From an uncultured delta proteobacterium (lineage in GTDB: Bacteria > Desulfobacterota > RBG-13-43-22): a DNA stretch of 64,000 nucleotides. Under the pieces are notes generated by a model that worked only from the letters and a program-made list of their open reading frames with translations, was not told the DNA's origin and did no database searches. The stretch's first letter is position 1; the number at the start of each line of letters is the position of its first letter. Both the position numbers and the translations under genes were made by a program. Positions 27,483 to 39,131 of the stretch are shown piece after piece. Where the stretch lies: NCBI GenBank assembly GCA_963802945.1, contig CAWDKY010000029.1:64001-128000 (forward strand). Reading direction: 5' to 3'.

Positions 27483-28001
27483 AAGTCTTCATCTGGACAT
27501 GACTAGGGACCTTAACGATTACTGAATTGTAATAAACAAGACAAGCAGGGCCACTTCTGATATTTAATTATATTGCCCTTAAAGATCGCTTGATGGAGAA
27601 GTGAAACCTTAGCGGCTAAGGGATAAGACGGTCCTGGTTATGGGGCTTATTATGTGGATCAGGGAATTAACCATGTTGGAAATGGGGGTTGTCCGGAGAA
27701 TTAATCGGGTACTATCCGTTTTATTCCAAGGCGAGTGAAAGGCAGCAAAATAAAATTTGAAAGGGATTTAACCCCGGCCCATGCTTTTGCATCTAATAAA
27801 CTAAAAGAAGAGAGGAGTCCTATAGGCAACGGAGCCTGCCGGGAAGCAAAGAGGGAACCGGACCAGTCAGGTTTTAAATGAAAGCCTGCCTGAGAAAAGG
27901 TTGTCACTTAATCTGGAATGGTCTAACATAATATAAAATCGGCTAAAATGAAGTCCGGTTATTTCATAAGGTCAACCAAGTTTAAGGTGGTCAAGAAACC
28001 T

Positions 28002-28446
28002 ATGAATAAGCACATTTGTTTGTTAAGTATCCTTTTTTTGTTAACCCTATTAGGGTCACATAAACAGGCCGAGGCTTATCGTGGGTATGGTTGGTTCTTT
28101 CCCGGATTGGTTATTGGTGGTGCAGTAGGCTGGGCTCTGGCCCCACGTTACTACTACCCTCCGGCATATTACCCCCCACTTCCGCCATATTATTATTCCC
28201 CCCCGGGCGAAGTCAGTCAAGCCCCTCCGATGGGAGGCCAGGGGTTCATCTATCCCCGCCAAAGTCAGGGCCAAGAGAAAGTCGAGAATGATCGTAATGA
28301 GTGCCAGGGTTGGGCTGTGGATCAGACAGGATACGACCCAACTAAGACGCCGCCTGCCATGTCTCTAGATCAGAGACCAGAAGAGCGCCGACTTTCTGCG
28401 GGCGGCGGGTGCCTGTCTTGATGCCCGTGGGTATACCATGAGATAA
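28002..28446 (+). CDS. Exported Pro/Tyr-rich protein, paralog of 44347-44907 (frameshift near 28372)
   Basis: Signal peptide ending KQAEA, PGLVIGG, YYYPP run, FIYPRQ.Q..E, C..WAV.QTGYDP. Continues in another frame as QKSADFLRAAGACLDARGYTMR*. Confidence 0.7.
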
Positions 28447-28724
28447 ATGGAAAATGTCAAAAACCAGATTTAACCGAAAGTGATCAGAGTGACGACCTGG
28501 GGATGTTATCTCTTATTTAAATACCATCCATTGTATTAAGCAGGTAGGGGCTCACACGGTACGAATCTTTTGCCCATGATTACCAAAATAGGTCGCTTAA
28601 AAATTGGGAGACTTTTTGAAGCTAATCCGTGTTTTTCTGAAAAGGGATTTGTATAATTTCCTAAGGGCATAAAAACGGGGACCTCTTTATCAAGAGCCGA
28701 AGGATGCCAACGAGTTAAAGGTCG

Positions 28725-29468
28725 GTGATTTTTATGGAAAGATCAAAAAAATCTATAAGGACACGGTTACAAAATTTTTATCACTGGGCTGTCAATATCT
28801 TTCACTTTGACGGATTATTGGCCCTCTTCTGGCGATTGATTTGCAGGGGTTTCCGTCCTCTCGGCATCTTAGAACTGGTAACCATCTTTGAAAGGGAGTT
28901 AGAGCCACCGCTCCAAGAAATAAAGGCCAAGGTGGATTTGGCTGTCGCCCTGGCTGAAAAATCAGAGATCGAGTCGATCATCAAGCTGGGGGAAGAACGT
29001 GAGACAAAAGGGCGGAAAGCTAAAATCAGAAACTTGATTCTTAACCGGTTTCAAAAAGGGAGCCTGTGTTTTTTAGGAAAAATTGGAACAGAGATCGTCC
29101 ATTACAACTGGATTTCTTTTAACTGGGAGGAATCTTTGGCAGGTCGATTCCTGCATTTAAAAGAAAACGAAGCCTTTTTCCTGGACGCCTTCACCCCAGA
29201 AAAATGGCGGGGTGAAAAAATTTATCCCGCTGTACAATATCACATATTTCATTATCTTAAACAGATAGGGTATCGAAAGGTTTTTACCCTGGTGGATATA
29301 GATAATAGATCCTCAAAAAAAACCCATTATTTCCATGGTTGGCAGACCATTGGTCTTGTCTTATGTTTTACCCCCCGTGGTGCCGCAAAGGGCTGGGTTT
29401 GGCGGATCAGGGGGAACGTTGCCCCTTTTTTGGAAAAGCAAATTCCGAATCAAGTCATGAAATCTTGA
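28725..29468 (+). CDS. GNAT family N-acetyltransferase-like protein
   Basis: DAFTPEKWRGEKI acetyl-CoA loop and DNRSS motif. Confidence 0.65.
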   Translation: MIFMERSKKSIRTRLQNFYHWAVNIFHFDGLLALFWRLICRGFRPLGILELVTIFERELEPPLQEIKAKVDLAVALAEKSEIESIIKLGEERETKGRKAKIRNLILNRFQKGSLCFLGKIGTEIVHYNWISFNWEESLAGRFLHLKENEAFFLDAFTPEKWRGEKIYPAVQYHIFHYLKQIGYRKVFTLVDIDNRSSKKTHYFHGWQTIGLVLCFTPRGAAKGWVWRIRGNVAPFLEKQIPNQVMKS

Positions 29469-29566
29469 GAAGAGCAGGGGTTATTAACATTGGAAAAATA
29501 ATCAATTCAAATTTTAAATTTCCATGAAATAGCATGGATTAGTGCCATGGGAAGGCTGATTATTAT

Positions 29567-29654
29567 TGGTGCCGGAGGTCGGAATTGAACCGACATGACC
29601 GCGAGGGTCGGGGGATTTTGAGTCCCCTGCGTCTACCAGTTTCACCACTCCGGC
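29567..29654 (-). tRNA. tRNA-Leu(CAA)
   Basis: GCCGGAGTGGTGAAACTGGTAGACGCAGGGGACTCAAAATCCCC..., long variable arm, TTCAATT T-loop, encoded CCA. Confidence 0.97.
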
Positions 29655-29767
29655 ACAAGTCAGGGAGGCGGAAAAAATTATAATTACAGGGAAAGAACCT
29701 GTCAAGAAAAATCAAAAAATGGTTGACTTTTAATGACCGGCGGTGTTAAAGAAAGCTTTCGGCTATT

Positions 29768-29843
29768 GGGGCTGTAGCTCAGCTGGGAGAGCGCATGACT
29801 GGCAGTCATGAGGCCGACGGTTCGATCCCGTTCAGCTCCACCA
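29768..29843 (+). tRNA. tRNA-Ala(GGC)
   Basis: GGGGCTGTAGCTCAGCTGGGAGAGCGCATGACTGGCAGTCATG...GGTTCGATCCCG...CTCCACCA, 76 nt. Confidence 0.97.
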
Positions 29844-29851
29844 AGAAAATA

Positions 29852-29897
29852 TAAAGGGGTTAATCTCCAAACAAGTTTGAAGATTAACCCCTTTTTG
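29852..29897 (+). terminator. Rho-independent terminator after tRNA-Ala
   Basis: AAAGGGGTTAATCT...AGATTAACCCCTTTTT hairpin with U-tract. Confidence 0.75.
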
Positions 29898-30094
29898 TTT
29901 TTCTCTTTTTGCCTCCTTTGAGATAAGGTATTGACAGACGACCCATGATTTTGTAATCTCAAGACATTTAAAAATTCATCAGCGATGACTATAGGCACCA
30001 AAATAGGGATAGGAGACTGAGCCTTACCTGGTGCCAGGGCGCTTTTTGATAGAGGACCTGATTTCTGAGAGTCTTGAAAAAGGAGTGATGCCTT

Positions 30095-31078
30095 ATGCCG
30101 ATTTATATCCAGGGAACGGGAAGCTATCTCCCGCCCAGAGTCCTCCACAACCGGGATATTGAAAAAATTCTCGAAACCACCGACGAATGGATTGCCCAAC
30201 GGACAGGTATTCATGAAAGGCGCATGGCCGAGCCGGAGATAGCTGCTTCCGATCTGGCCCTGGAGGCTTCTCGCTCCGCCTTGGACATGGCCGGCCTGAA
30301 GGCCGGAGATGTCCAGTTGATTATTATGGCTACCATAACCCCGGACACCCAATGTCCGGCCGGGGCCAACTGGCTGCAGGCCAAATTGGAAGCCCCTCAG
30401 GCCGTCACTTTTGATATAACTGCGGCCTGCTCCGGCTTCGTCTTTGCCCTGAACGTCGCCGAACAATATTTAAAAGCCGGAACCTATCAAAATGTCCTGG
30501 TCGTGGCCTCGGAAATCATGACCAGGACTTTGAACTGGAAAGATCGTTCCACCTCCATCCTCTGGGGAGACGGAGCTGGTGCTGTTTTAATTTCCGGAAA
30601 TGAGGATGGGCACAGGATCCTTTCCACACACATCCATACCGACGGGGCCAACGGGGCCAACTTATTAATGCCCGGAGGGGGTTCCAAGACCACACCTATC
30701 TCCTACGAAAGCGTTGATAAGGACCTTCACACCCTGAAGATGATTGAGGCCGCCTCCTCGGTCCGGGTGGCGGTGAAACACTTTGCCGATGCCTGCTTGG
30801 AAGCCGTTGCCTTCAATGGATATTCTATCCATGATGTCCATTGGGTGATTCCCCATCAGGCCAATCTTCGGATGATACAAGCCCTGGCCAAGCGGTTGGG
30901 CCTTCCGATGGAAAAATTTTTCATGACCATTCAGAAGTACGGCAACATCTCCTCGGCCTCCATTGCCATCGCCCTGGATGAGGCTGTTCGTACCGGTGCC
31001 GTTCAAAAAGGGCACCTGGTTTTGCTGACGGCCTTCGGCGGAGGGCTAACCTGGGGCAGTGCCCTAATAAAATGGTAA
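30095..31078 (+). CDS. fabH: 3-oxoacyl-ACP synthase III
   Basis: WIAQRTGIHERR, AACSGF (Cys), PHQAN (His), YGNISSAS (Asn), AFGGGLTWG. Confidence 0.95.
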   Translation: MPIYIQGTGSYLPPRVLHNRDIEKILETTDEWIAQRTGIHERRMAEPEIAASDLALEASRSALDMAGLKAGDVQLIIMATITPDTQCPAGANWLQAKLEAPQAVTFDITAACSGFVFALNVAEQYLKAGTYQNVLVVASEIMTRTLNWKDRSTSILWGDGAGAVLISGNEDGHRILSTHIHTDGANGANLLMPGGGSKTTPISYESVDKDLHTLKMIEAASSVRVAVKHFADACLEAVAFNGYSIHDVHWVIPHQANLRMIQALAKRLGLPMEKFFMTIQKYGNISSASIAIALDEAVRTGAVQKGHLVLLTAFGGGLTWGSALIKW

Positions 31079-31161
31079 ACTCAAGAGCACAAAAGGATTC
31101 AAGAGGCCGAGAGGCAGCCTAAGACTATCGAATTCATATAAACTGCAGGAGGCGCGGAAGC

Positions 31162-33949
31162 ATGAACAAAAGAAGAATGAAAGCCAAAATCAAATCCATT
31201 CAATCATCCAAACATTCGAGAAATAAAAAATACGTCTATTTTTTTGGAAAAGGAAGGGCCGATGGGAAGGCCGCAATGAAAAACCTTCTGGGCGGCAAAG
31301 GGGCCAATCTGGCTGAGATGACCAACTTAGGGGTAACCGTTCCGGCCGGATTTACCATCACCACCGAGGTCTGCACCTATTATTATCAGAACAAACAAAC
31401 TTATCCCAGGGAACTGACCAAACAGTTGGATACCGCCCTGGAGAGGGTGGAAAAAATCATGGGTCGAAAATACGGTGACCCCGATGACCCTTTACTGCTA
31501 TCGGTCCGCTCCGGGGCCCGAAGATCCATGCCGGGCATGATGGAAACCGTTCTCAATCTGGGATTGACCACCAAAACCATTCCGGGATTGATCAAGAGGA
31601 CCAACAATGAGCGGTTTGTCTATGATGCCTATCGCCGCCTGTTGATGATGTACGCCGATGTGGTCATGGAAAAGGCCGCCGGCATTGAAGTGGTGGACGG
31701 AGAAGGGATCCGGCAGAAACTGGAACAGGCCATGGATTTGATGAAGGAAAGAAAGGGAATCCATCAGGACACGGACCTGACAGCCAACGACCTGAAAGTG
31801 TTGTGCGGGCAATTCAAACAGACCATCAAGACCCATCTGGGCAAAGAATTTCCGGATGACCCGCAGGCCCAACTGATGGGAGGGATCGGGGCGGTCTTTC
31901 AATCCTGGATGGGTAAACGAGCGGTTTCTTATCGCAAAATTGAAGGCATTCCGGAAGACTGGGGCACGGCGGTCAATGTCCAGGCCATGGTTTTCGGCAA
32001 CACCGGGGATAAGTCAGCCACGGGCGTGGCCTTTACCCGGAATCCGGCCACGGGAGAGAATGTATTCTATGGAGAATGGCTGCCCAATGCCCAGGGTGAA
32101 GATGTGGTAGCCGGCATACGCACCCCCAATCCGGTCAACAAGGCCGGAAAAACCTCCGACACCCAGCATCTGACCTCTTTGGAAGAAATGATGCCAGACC
32201 TATATAGCCAATTATTTAAGATTCAGAAAAAACTGGAAAGACATTATACCGATATGCAGGACATCGAATTCACCATCGAGGAGGGTAAGCTCTGGATGCT
32301 TCAAACCCGGACAGGAAAAAGAAACGGCCAGGCCGCCATCCGGATGGCCGTGGAAATGGCCGAGTCCAGGTTGATCAACCAGGAAACGGCCTTGCTCCGA
32401 GTGAATCCCGATCAGATCGATGAGCTCCTGCACCCCAGCGTGGATCCCGAAGCCGGGAAAGAGGCCCCGGAACTGGTCAAGGGGCTGCCGGCCGGACCGG
32501 GCGGGGCGGTCGGGCGGATCGTCTTTACGGCTGATGACGCCGAAACATGGACTAAACGAGGAGAAAAGGTTATCCTGGTGCGTAACGAAACGTCACCTGA
32601 AGATGTCAGTGGCATGCATGCCGCCCAGGCCATTTTAACGGCCCAAGGAGGTATGACCAGTCATGCGGCTTTAGTGGCCAGGGGCTGGGGGAAATGCTGT
32701 GTTGTGGGGGCCAATGCCCTGGATATTGATGCCCAGAATAAAATCATCCGGGTTCATAGCCGGGAACTTCATGAAGGTGACTGGATTACCATGGACGGCA
32801 CGCGGGGTCGTGTCTTCGAAGGCCAATTGAAACTCCTGCCGGCCGACCCGGCCAATAATCCCTGGTATTTGAAATTGATGACCTGGGCCGACCAAAGGCG
32901 AAAATTAAAAATCCGGACCAACGCCGATAGACCGGAGGACGCCAAAACAGCCAGGACCTTCGGGGCCGAGGGCATCGGGTTATGCCGAACAGAACATATG
33001 TTTTTCGAGCCCGACCGGATTCGCTCGGTGCGGGAGATGATCCTGGCCGATACCCTGGAAGGCCGGCAAAAGGCCCTGGCCAAACTTTTGCCCGTGCAAA
33101 AAGAGGACTTTATCGGCATCTTTAAGGCCATGGATGGACTTCCGGTGACCATCCGCCTTCTGGACCCTCCCTTGCATGAATTCTTACCCAAAACAGAGGA
33201 AGAACTTCAAGAACTGTCCCGGGACATGGGGGTGCCCTTTACCCAATTAAAGGCCAAAAATGAGTCCCTCCACGAGTTCAATCCCATGCTGGGCCATCGG
33301 GGCTGCCGGCTGGGCATCACCTTTCCGGAAATCTATGAAATGCAGGTCCAGGCCATCATGGAGGCCGCCTGTGAATTGACGCCACAGAAGGTCAAGGTCC
33401 TTCCGGAAATCATGATCCCCCTGGTGGGACACGTTAACGAACTGGAATCCATGCGCGGCCCTGACCATTCGGATCGCCGAGGCCGTTCAGAAAAAAAGCC
33501 GGGTCAAAGTTAACTATATGGTGGGGACCATGATCGAACTTCCCCGGGCCTGCATCACCTCTGATGAAATCGCCACCCAGGCCGACTTTTATTCCTTCGG
33601 CACCAACGATTTGACCCAGACCGTGTACGGCCTTTCCCGGGATGATGCCGGACGGTTCCTGCCCTCTTACCAGGAACAGCACATCCTTCCAGACGACCCC
33701 TTTATCACCATTGATGTCGAGGGGGTTGGGGCCTTTATGAAACTGGCCGTGGAAAAAGGCCGGAAGGTCAAGAAGAATTTGAAGATCGGTATCTGCGGAG
33801 AACATGGCGGGGAACCGCGATCGGTTGAGTTCTGTCATCACCTCGATCTGGATTATGTAAGCTGCTCCCCCTTTCGGGTGCCCATCGCCCGGCTGGCCGC
33901 GGCCCAGGCCGCCATCACAGAGAAGACGGGGAAGAAAAAGAGAAAATGA
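31162..33949 (+). CDS. ppdK: Pyruvate, phosphate dikinase (frameshift near 33460, probably a sequencing error)
   Basis: [23 protein letters not shown] phospho-His, [11 protein letters not shown]. The C-terminal SFGTNDLTQ and GICGEHGG motifs lie in a second frame. Confidence 0.94.
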
Positions 33950-34023
33950 CTATGGAGTCAAAAGCAGATCGGAAGGATTAAAAAAATAGGAATGTATTCT
34001 TATAGAAAGGGGGATGACTGAAG

Positions 34024-35682
34024 GTGGAATACACATACGATACCAAAATGTTTAAAGAGACTTTTGAAAGCCGATTTACTTTTCTGAACGGCTTTCTGCG
34101 CAATGTCCATCGTTTTGCCACCAGACCGGCTTTAACCTGCCCTATACGCGAGCATACCTGGACCTATCCGGAGCTGAACCGGGAGGCCAACCGATTGGCC
34201 CATGCCCTGTTGGCCGATGGAGTGGGGAAGAACGAAGTGGTCATGTACCAGTTGCTGAATTGTGCCGAGTTCGTTTTCTGCTATTTGGCCCCTCAAAAGA
34301 TAGCTGCGATTACCTGTCCCATCAATTTCCGACTGGCACCGGGAGAGACCGCCTATATCATCGATGACAGCCAACCGGCGGTCTTTGTCTATGATGTGGA
34401 GGTCAAAAAAAATGCCGAGGCGGCTTTGGCTATGGCTAAGCACAAACCGCGCCGGATCATCATGGTGGACATCTGGGGAAAAGAGCCGGTCCCCGAAGGC
34501 CATATTTCTTTCCAGGATTATGTACGCCATCAGTCGGAAGAAAATCCGGACACCGGACGACCCGTTCATATTTATGATGAAAGCCTTCGGCTTTACACCT
34601 CCGGAACAACCGGCCGGCCCAAGGGAGTGCAGCTCAACAATATCAATGACATCCTTTCGGCCCATGATGTGATCATGCACTTTCCGCTTAACCCGCAGGA
34701 CAAGACCATGAACATGAGCCCCTGGTTCCACCGGGGAGGCATACATTCAGGCGGCCCCAATCCCACCCTATATGTGGGCGGCGAGGTAATCATCCTCCGT
34801 CAGTTTGTCCCGACGACCTGTCTGGAGAATGCGGGAAAATACGGCGTAAGCTTTCTTATCGGCGCTCCGACGATGCTGAAAATGCTGCATGATACCCTGC
34901 TCAAGCGGCCGGTTAAACTGCCCAAGCTGAAGGGGATTATCACCATGGGGGCTCCTTTGGAAAGAGAGGTCTGCATCAAGTATCAGGAGGTATTAACCCC
35001 CAATATCTTTAACGGATACGGGACCTCGGAAGCCTTCTGGAACACCTTTCTGCGTCCCTACGATCTACCGGAGATGGCCGGTTCAATCGGGCGGGCTTGT
35101 ACGGATGATGACGTGGCTGTGGCGAAGGTCTACAGCGACCGCCGGGCCGAGCCCGATGATCATGTGGCCAAAGATGGTCTGGAGGTCGGGGAGATCATTG
35201 TTCGGGCTCCCAATAAAACCTCCTATGCTTATGTGAACAACCCCAAGGAAATAGAAAAGGTTTTCTACAAGGGCTGGATTTATATCGGTGATATGGGGAC
35301 CTGGGATGAGAACGAATTTGTAACCATTGTCGGCCGCAAGGATGATATGATCATTTCCGCCGGTGAAAATATCCACCCGGTACAAATTGAGGAAATCCTG
35401 AATGAGCATCCCAAAGTTCAGGAGTCGGTGGTCATCGGCGTTCCCGACGAACTGCGGGGTGAAGCCGTGGTAGCTTATGTGATCAAGGCGGATCCTTCCC
35501 TGACGGCCAAGGAGCTCAGTAATCACTGTAATAATCATCCCATGTTGGCCAAATTTAAGAAACCCCGCTATTACCGGTTTGTTGAGGAGATCCCTTATAC
35601 GGCCACCGGGAAGAAAATGCATTACAAGGTAAAGGAAACGGCTATTGAGGAGCAGAAACTGGGGCTCCTTGAGCGGGCCTGA
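34024..35682 (+). CDS. AMP-dependent acyl-CoA synthetase
   Basis: YTSGTTGRPKG, GYGTSE, GRKDDMIISAGENI, TATGK. Confidence 0.92.
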   Translation: MEYTYDTKMFKETFESRFTFLNGFLRNVHRFATRPALTCPIREHTWTYPELNREANRLAHALLADGVGKNEVVMYQLLNCAEFVFCYLAPQKIAAITCPINFRLAPGETAYIIDDSQPAVFVYDVEVKKNAEAALAMAKHKPRRIIMVDIWGKEPVPEGHISFQDYVRHQSEENPDTGRPVHIYDESLRLYTSGTTGRPKGVQLNNINDILSAHDVIMHFPLNPQDKTMNMSPWFHRGGIHSGGPNPTLYVGGEVIILRQFVPTTCLENAGKYGVSFLIGAPTMLKMLHDTLLKRPVKLPKLKGIITMGAPLEREVCIKYQEVLTPNIFNGYGTSEAFWNTFLRPYDLPEMAGSIGRACTDDDVAVAKVYSDRRAEPDDHVAKDGLEVGEIIVRAPNKTSYAYVNNPKEIEKVFYKGWIYIGDMGTWDENEFVTIVGRKDDMIISAGENIHPVQIEEILNEHPKVQESVVIGVPDELRGEAVVAYVIKADPSLTAKELSNHCNNHPMLAKFKKPRYYRFVEEIPYTATGKKMHYKVKETAIEEQKLGLLERA

Positions 35683-35723
35683 AGGCGATAACGGTTTGTT
35701 GTTAATGTAATCTGTTTGTAATC

Positions 35724-35781
35724 TGGGGAGACCAGACTTATTGCTTGACTTCCAAACCAAGCAATAAGTCTGGTCTCCCCA
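35724..35781. repeat. Perfect 24-bp inverted repeat (REP-like; may also act as a terminator)
   Basis: TGGGGAGACCAGACTTATTGCTTG-N10-CAAGCAATAAGTCTGGTCTCCCCA. Confidence 0.9.
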
Positions 35782-35799
35782 ATTTTTCCAAATAACTTC

Positions 35800-35993
35800 T
35801 TATTGTTAAAAGAAGGGTAGTTTTCAAAAGCCGGGTGGAAACGAGAAAATCGATCAGCCCAACCGCCAAACGTTCAAGCAATTTTTTTTAGCTCATTGGC
35901 CTTCTGCTTTATGTCTCTATGGGTTAAAGGCCAGACATTTAGCGCACCTTAATCGCACGGTGCAAGCCGATTTAGTGCTTCATTGTATTTCAT
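35800..35993 (-). pseudogene. Degenerate DUF3795-like Cys-rich gene fragment
   Basis: MKYNEALNRLAPCD*..CAKCLAF...IKQKANELKK...ADRFSRFHPAFENYPSF, with stop and frameshifts. The APCG..C..C start is typical of DUF3795-type proteins. Confidence 0.5.
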
Positions 35994-36571
35994 AGTCTCA
36001 TCCTTTAGATACCCCAAGAAGTAATAAGAGTACTTTGCCGTCGGAACAAAAGGAAGCCAAGAGGATGCTCACTGCGGAGTTGTGTACTACCGAAGTGCAG
36101 AAATATAACCCGGGTAAGGCAGTTATACCCTTTGCAAAGAGGGCACTAATGCAAGCGGGCATAGGAATCGAAACGGTATTGCGGGATCAACCTAAGATGA
36201 TAATTGCTCAATGGAGGCGTTTTGATCAGGAAGGCACCGATCGTGGAATGACAAGAGGATAGCTGCGAAATGAACTTCTCTGGATCGCCTTAATCCTTTA
36301 TAGGTATTAGGTGAGTACTGTAAAACCCAATATTTTAAATAATAATTGAAAAAAAGGGCTGAAAATTTTATTGACTTTTCGGCGATCAAGGCGTAGGGAT
36401 TTTTTAGCAAATCAACCAAATTTTCTTAAAGGCAACCTTGGTCGATGGAAAAATAATAGGCCCCATTTCTGAAATAAGAGTGGAGTTTTTGGGGTGTTGC
36501 CTAATATTAAAAGTGCACAGGACGCAAAAAGATTTTTATTATCAAAACTGGCCTAAGGATTATGATCCATT

Positions 36572-37615
36572 ATGAGCGAGCAAGATGAGATACTGGTTGT
36601 TGACGACACTCCAACAATGGAGATGTTACTTGTGAGGATGTTGTCGGATGAAGGATTCCAGGTGCGATCTGCCAACAATGGAAAACTGGCGTTAAGCTCA
36701 ATCACATCCAACCCACCCCAGCTGATTTTGCTGGATATCGATATGCCTGGGATGGATGGGTTCGAAGTTTGCCGGCGGCTTAAAGCGCAGGAAGCAACCC
36801 GCGACATCCCCATAATATTCATCAGTGGCCTTATGGGCCTTGAGGAGAAGGTGAAAGGTTTTAGTCTTGGCGGAGTCGATTTTATTTCCAAACCTTTCCA
36901 ACCTGAAGAGCTTCTTGCACGGGTGCGAACCCATTTGGAATTAAATCGGTTGCGGACCAGGCTCGAAGCCCAGGTGGCGGATCGAACGGCTCAACTACAC
37001 AAGTCGACGGAAGAACTCAAACAAAGTTTAGAAAGACTACATAACTCCATGGGAGGGATTATCCAGGCCATGTCCTTGACTGTCGAGACCAGGGATCCCT
37101 ATACCGCCGGCCATCAGCGGCGGGTGGCCGACTTGGCCCGGACCATCGCCCAGGAGATGGGACTTCCTAAAGATCAGGTGGATGCCCTGCGTATGGCCGG
37201 AACTGTCCATGATTTGGGAAAAATTTCCATCCCGGCAGAGATCCTCAGTAAACCGGTTCAATTGTCCGATATTGAATTCAACCTGATCAAGGGCCATCCG
37301 CAGGTCAGTTATGACATCCTGAAGGATATCGATTTCGACTGGCCTGTGGCTCAGATCGTTCTTCAGCATCATGAAAGGATCAATGGGTCGGGGTATCCCC
37401 ATGGGCTGTCGGGAAAGGCCATTTGTTTGGAGGCCCGCATTCTGGCTGTGGCCGATGTCGTTGAAGCCATTTCAGGCCATCGGCCCTACCGGCCGGCTTA
37501 TGGGATTGATGTGGCTCTGGATGAGATTGAAAAAAACAAAGGGATTCTCTATGATTCCGAGGTGGTGGATGCCTGCCTGAGGCTTTTCAGAGAGAAGGGG
37601 TACCATTTCAATTAA
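36572..37615 (+). CDS. Response regulator with HD-GYP c-di-GMP phosphodiesterase domain
   Basis: REC domain (ILVVDD, LLDIDMP, KPF) plus RDPYTAGH, HDLGK and HHERINGSGYP. Confidence 0.93.
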   Translation: MSEQDEILVVDDTPTMEMLLVRMLSDEGFQVRSANNGKLALSSITSNPPQLILLDIDMPGMDGFEVCRRLKAQEATRDIPIIFISGLMGLEEKVKGFSLGGVDFISKPFQPEELLARVRTHLELNRLRTRLEAQVADRTAQLHKSTEELKQSLERLHNSMGGIIQAMSLTVETRDPYTAGHQRRVADLARTIAQEMGLPKDQVDALRMAGTVHDLGKISIPAEILSKPVQLSDIEFNLIKGHPQVSYDILKDIDFDWPVAQIVLQHHERINGSGYPHGLSGKAICLEARILAVADVVEAISGHRPYRPAYGIDVALDEIEKNKGILYDSEVVDACLRLFREKGYHFN

Positions 37616-37717
37616 GCAGAGGAATTTTTATGGTAACCTGAGTTAGTTATTCTTTAAAACTGTTTTTGTGCACATTTCCTTTTCTTAACCAATGATCTGT
37701 ATAAAGCAAGTTCTCCA

Positions 37718-39130
37718 TTACTCCCCCCAGTACAGAACCTTATAGAGAGTCACCCGATTGACAAGCCGGGCTAATTGAAGCTGGATCAGTCCCTGTTGGG
37801 CCGCATAGAGGGAACGTTGCGCATCGAGGACGCTCAGGTAGCTGTCAATGCCCTTGGTAAAACGCGCCTTAGAGAGGCGGTAGGTTTCTGCAACAGCCTC
37901 GACCAAAGATTGCTGCGCCGCGATCTGCTGGTTCACTGTGCCCCGCACGGCCAGGGCATCAGCCACCTCCCGGAAAGCCGTTTGGATAGCCTTCTCATAC
38001 TGAGCCACAGCAATTTCCTTATCAACTTTGGTTACACGGTAGGCCGACCAAGTGCGGGTATCAAAAATCGGCAAAATGATCTGCGGTGTGAAAAGCCAGG
38101 TATCCTGGCCGGCTTTGAAGAGTCCGGACAGAGCGGCGCTGGCAGTTCCGATGGAGGTCGTCAGGGAGATATTGGGAAAGAAAGCAGCGCGGGCGGCGCC
38201 GATATTGGCGTTGGCCGCCTTGAGCAGATGTTCAGCCGTCAGCACATCGGGGCGGCGCAAGAGCAGTTCGGAGGACAGGCCAGGGGAAATTTCTTTGGTT
38301 GGGTTGACACTGCCCAGTTCCGAAGGCAAGATCTCTTGCGGTAGCGGAGAGCCGACCAGAAGATTCAAGGCGTTTTCATCTTGCGCCATCATTTGCGCAT
38401 AGCGGGCGACATCTCCCCTGGCCGTATCCACCTGGCTTTGGGCGCGCCGGAGATCCAATTCAGATGCGACCCCCACGTCATATTGTTTCCGGATCAATTT
38501 GTAAGAAGCCTCCTGAGCCTCGAGGGTGGAGGCCACCAGCTTGAAGTTTTCCCGGTCTGTAGCCAGGGTCAGATAGGCCTGAGCTACCGCTGAGACCAGC
38601 GAGATTTGTGCACTGCTACGGGCATCCTTGGTAGCCAAGTACTCCTCCAACGCTTGTTCTTTCAGGCTGCGGAGGCGGCCGAAGAAGTCAATTTCCCAGG
38701 AAGTGATGCCGAGATTGATGCCGTATTCTGAGTAGATCGCTTTGTACCCAGTGGTCGAAAGATCAGCCGGATAAAGTTGTCTAAGTTCCATCCCGACCGC
38801 ACTGACCGAAGGCAGCAGCGAGGCTCGCTGAATACCGTACAAAGCGCGGGCCCTTTCAACATTCAAGATCGCCAGCCGCAGATCGCGGTTGTTGTCCAAG
38901 GCGATCCCGATGATCTTTTGCAGACGTTCATCGATGAAGAACTCCCGCCATGGCAAGTCCGAGGCTGCCGGGGCAGAGGCCGCAGACTTCGCTTCATTGT
39001 AAGCCGCACCGGTCGGCCATTGGGCAGGCACCGGCGCATCCGGCCGCGTATATTTCGGGGCCATGGTGCAGCCGCCCAAAAAAACGCCGATCAGACTCAG
39101 AATCAGAAGAAGAAATAGGTTTCTCTTCAT
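37718..39130 (-). CDS. RND efflux outer membrane lipoprotein (OprM/NodT family)
   Basis: Lipobox LGGC, SWEIDFFGR, LRRPDV, AARAAFFPNISLT, AFREVADAL. Start at ATG 39130. Confidence 0.92.
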   Translation of the reverse strand: MKRNLFLLLILSLIGVFLGGCTMAPKYTRPDAPVPAQWPTGAAYNEAKSAASAPAASDLPWREFFIDERLQKIIGIALDNNRDLRLAILNVERARALYGIQRASLLPSVSAVGMELRQLYPADLSTTGYKAIYSEYGINLGITSWEIDFFGRLRSLKEQALEEYLATKDARSSAQISLVSAVAQAYLTLATDRENFKLVASTLEAQEASYKLIRKQYDVGVASELDLRRAQSQVDTARGDVARYAQMMAQDENALNLLVGSPLPQEILPSELGSVNPTKEISPGLSSELLLRRPDVLTAEHLLKAANANIGAARAAFFPNISLTTSIGTASAALSGLFKAGQDTWLFTPQIILPIFDTRTWSAYRVTKVDKEIAVAQYEKAIQTAFREVADALAVRGTVNQQIAAQQSLVEAVAETYRLSKARFTKGIDSYLSVLDAQRSLYAAQQGLIQLQLARLVNRVTLYKVLYWGE

Positions 39131-39131
39131 A

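Noticed and set aside
29514-30466. ORFs 29514-29705 and 29702-30466
   Set aside because: They overlap the tRNAs and are antisense to fabH, so they are shadow ORFs. The same applies to most antisense ORFs in the track.
36035-36419. Short ORFs 36035-36262 and 36192-36419
   Set aside because: No recognisable motifs or RBS. Possibly decayed sequence, but not supportable.
36500-36540. GGACGCAAA upstream of the HD-GYP gene as a c-di-GMP-I riboswitch
   Set aside because: Only the short motif is present. The GNRA-capped P2 stem and the P3 stem are not visible.
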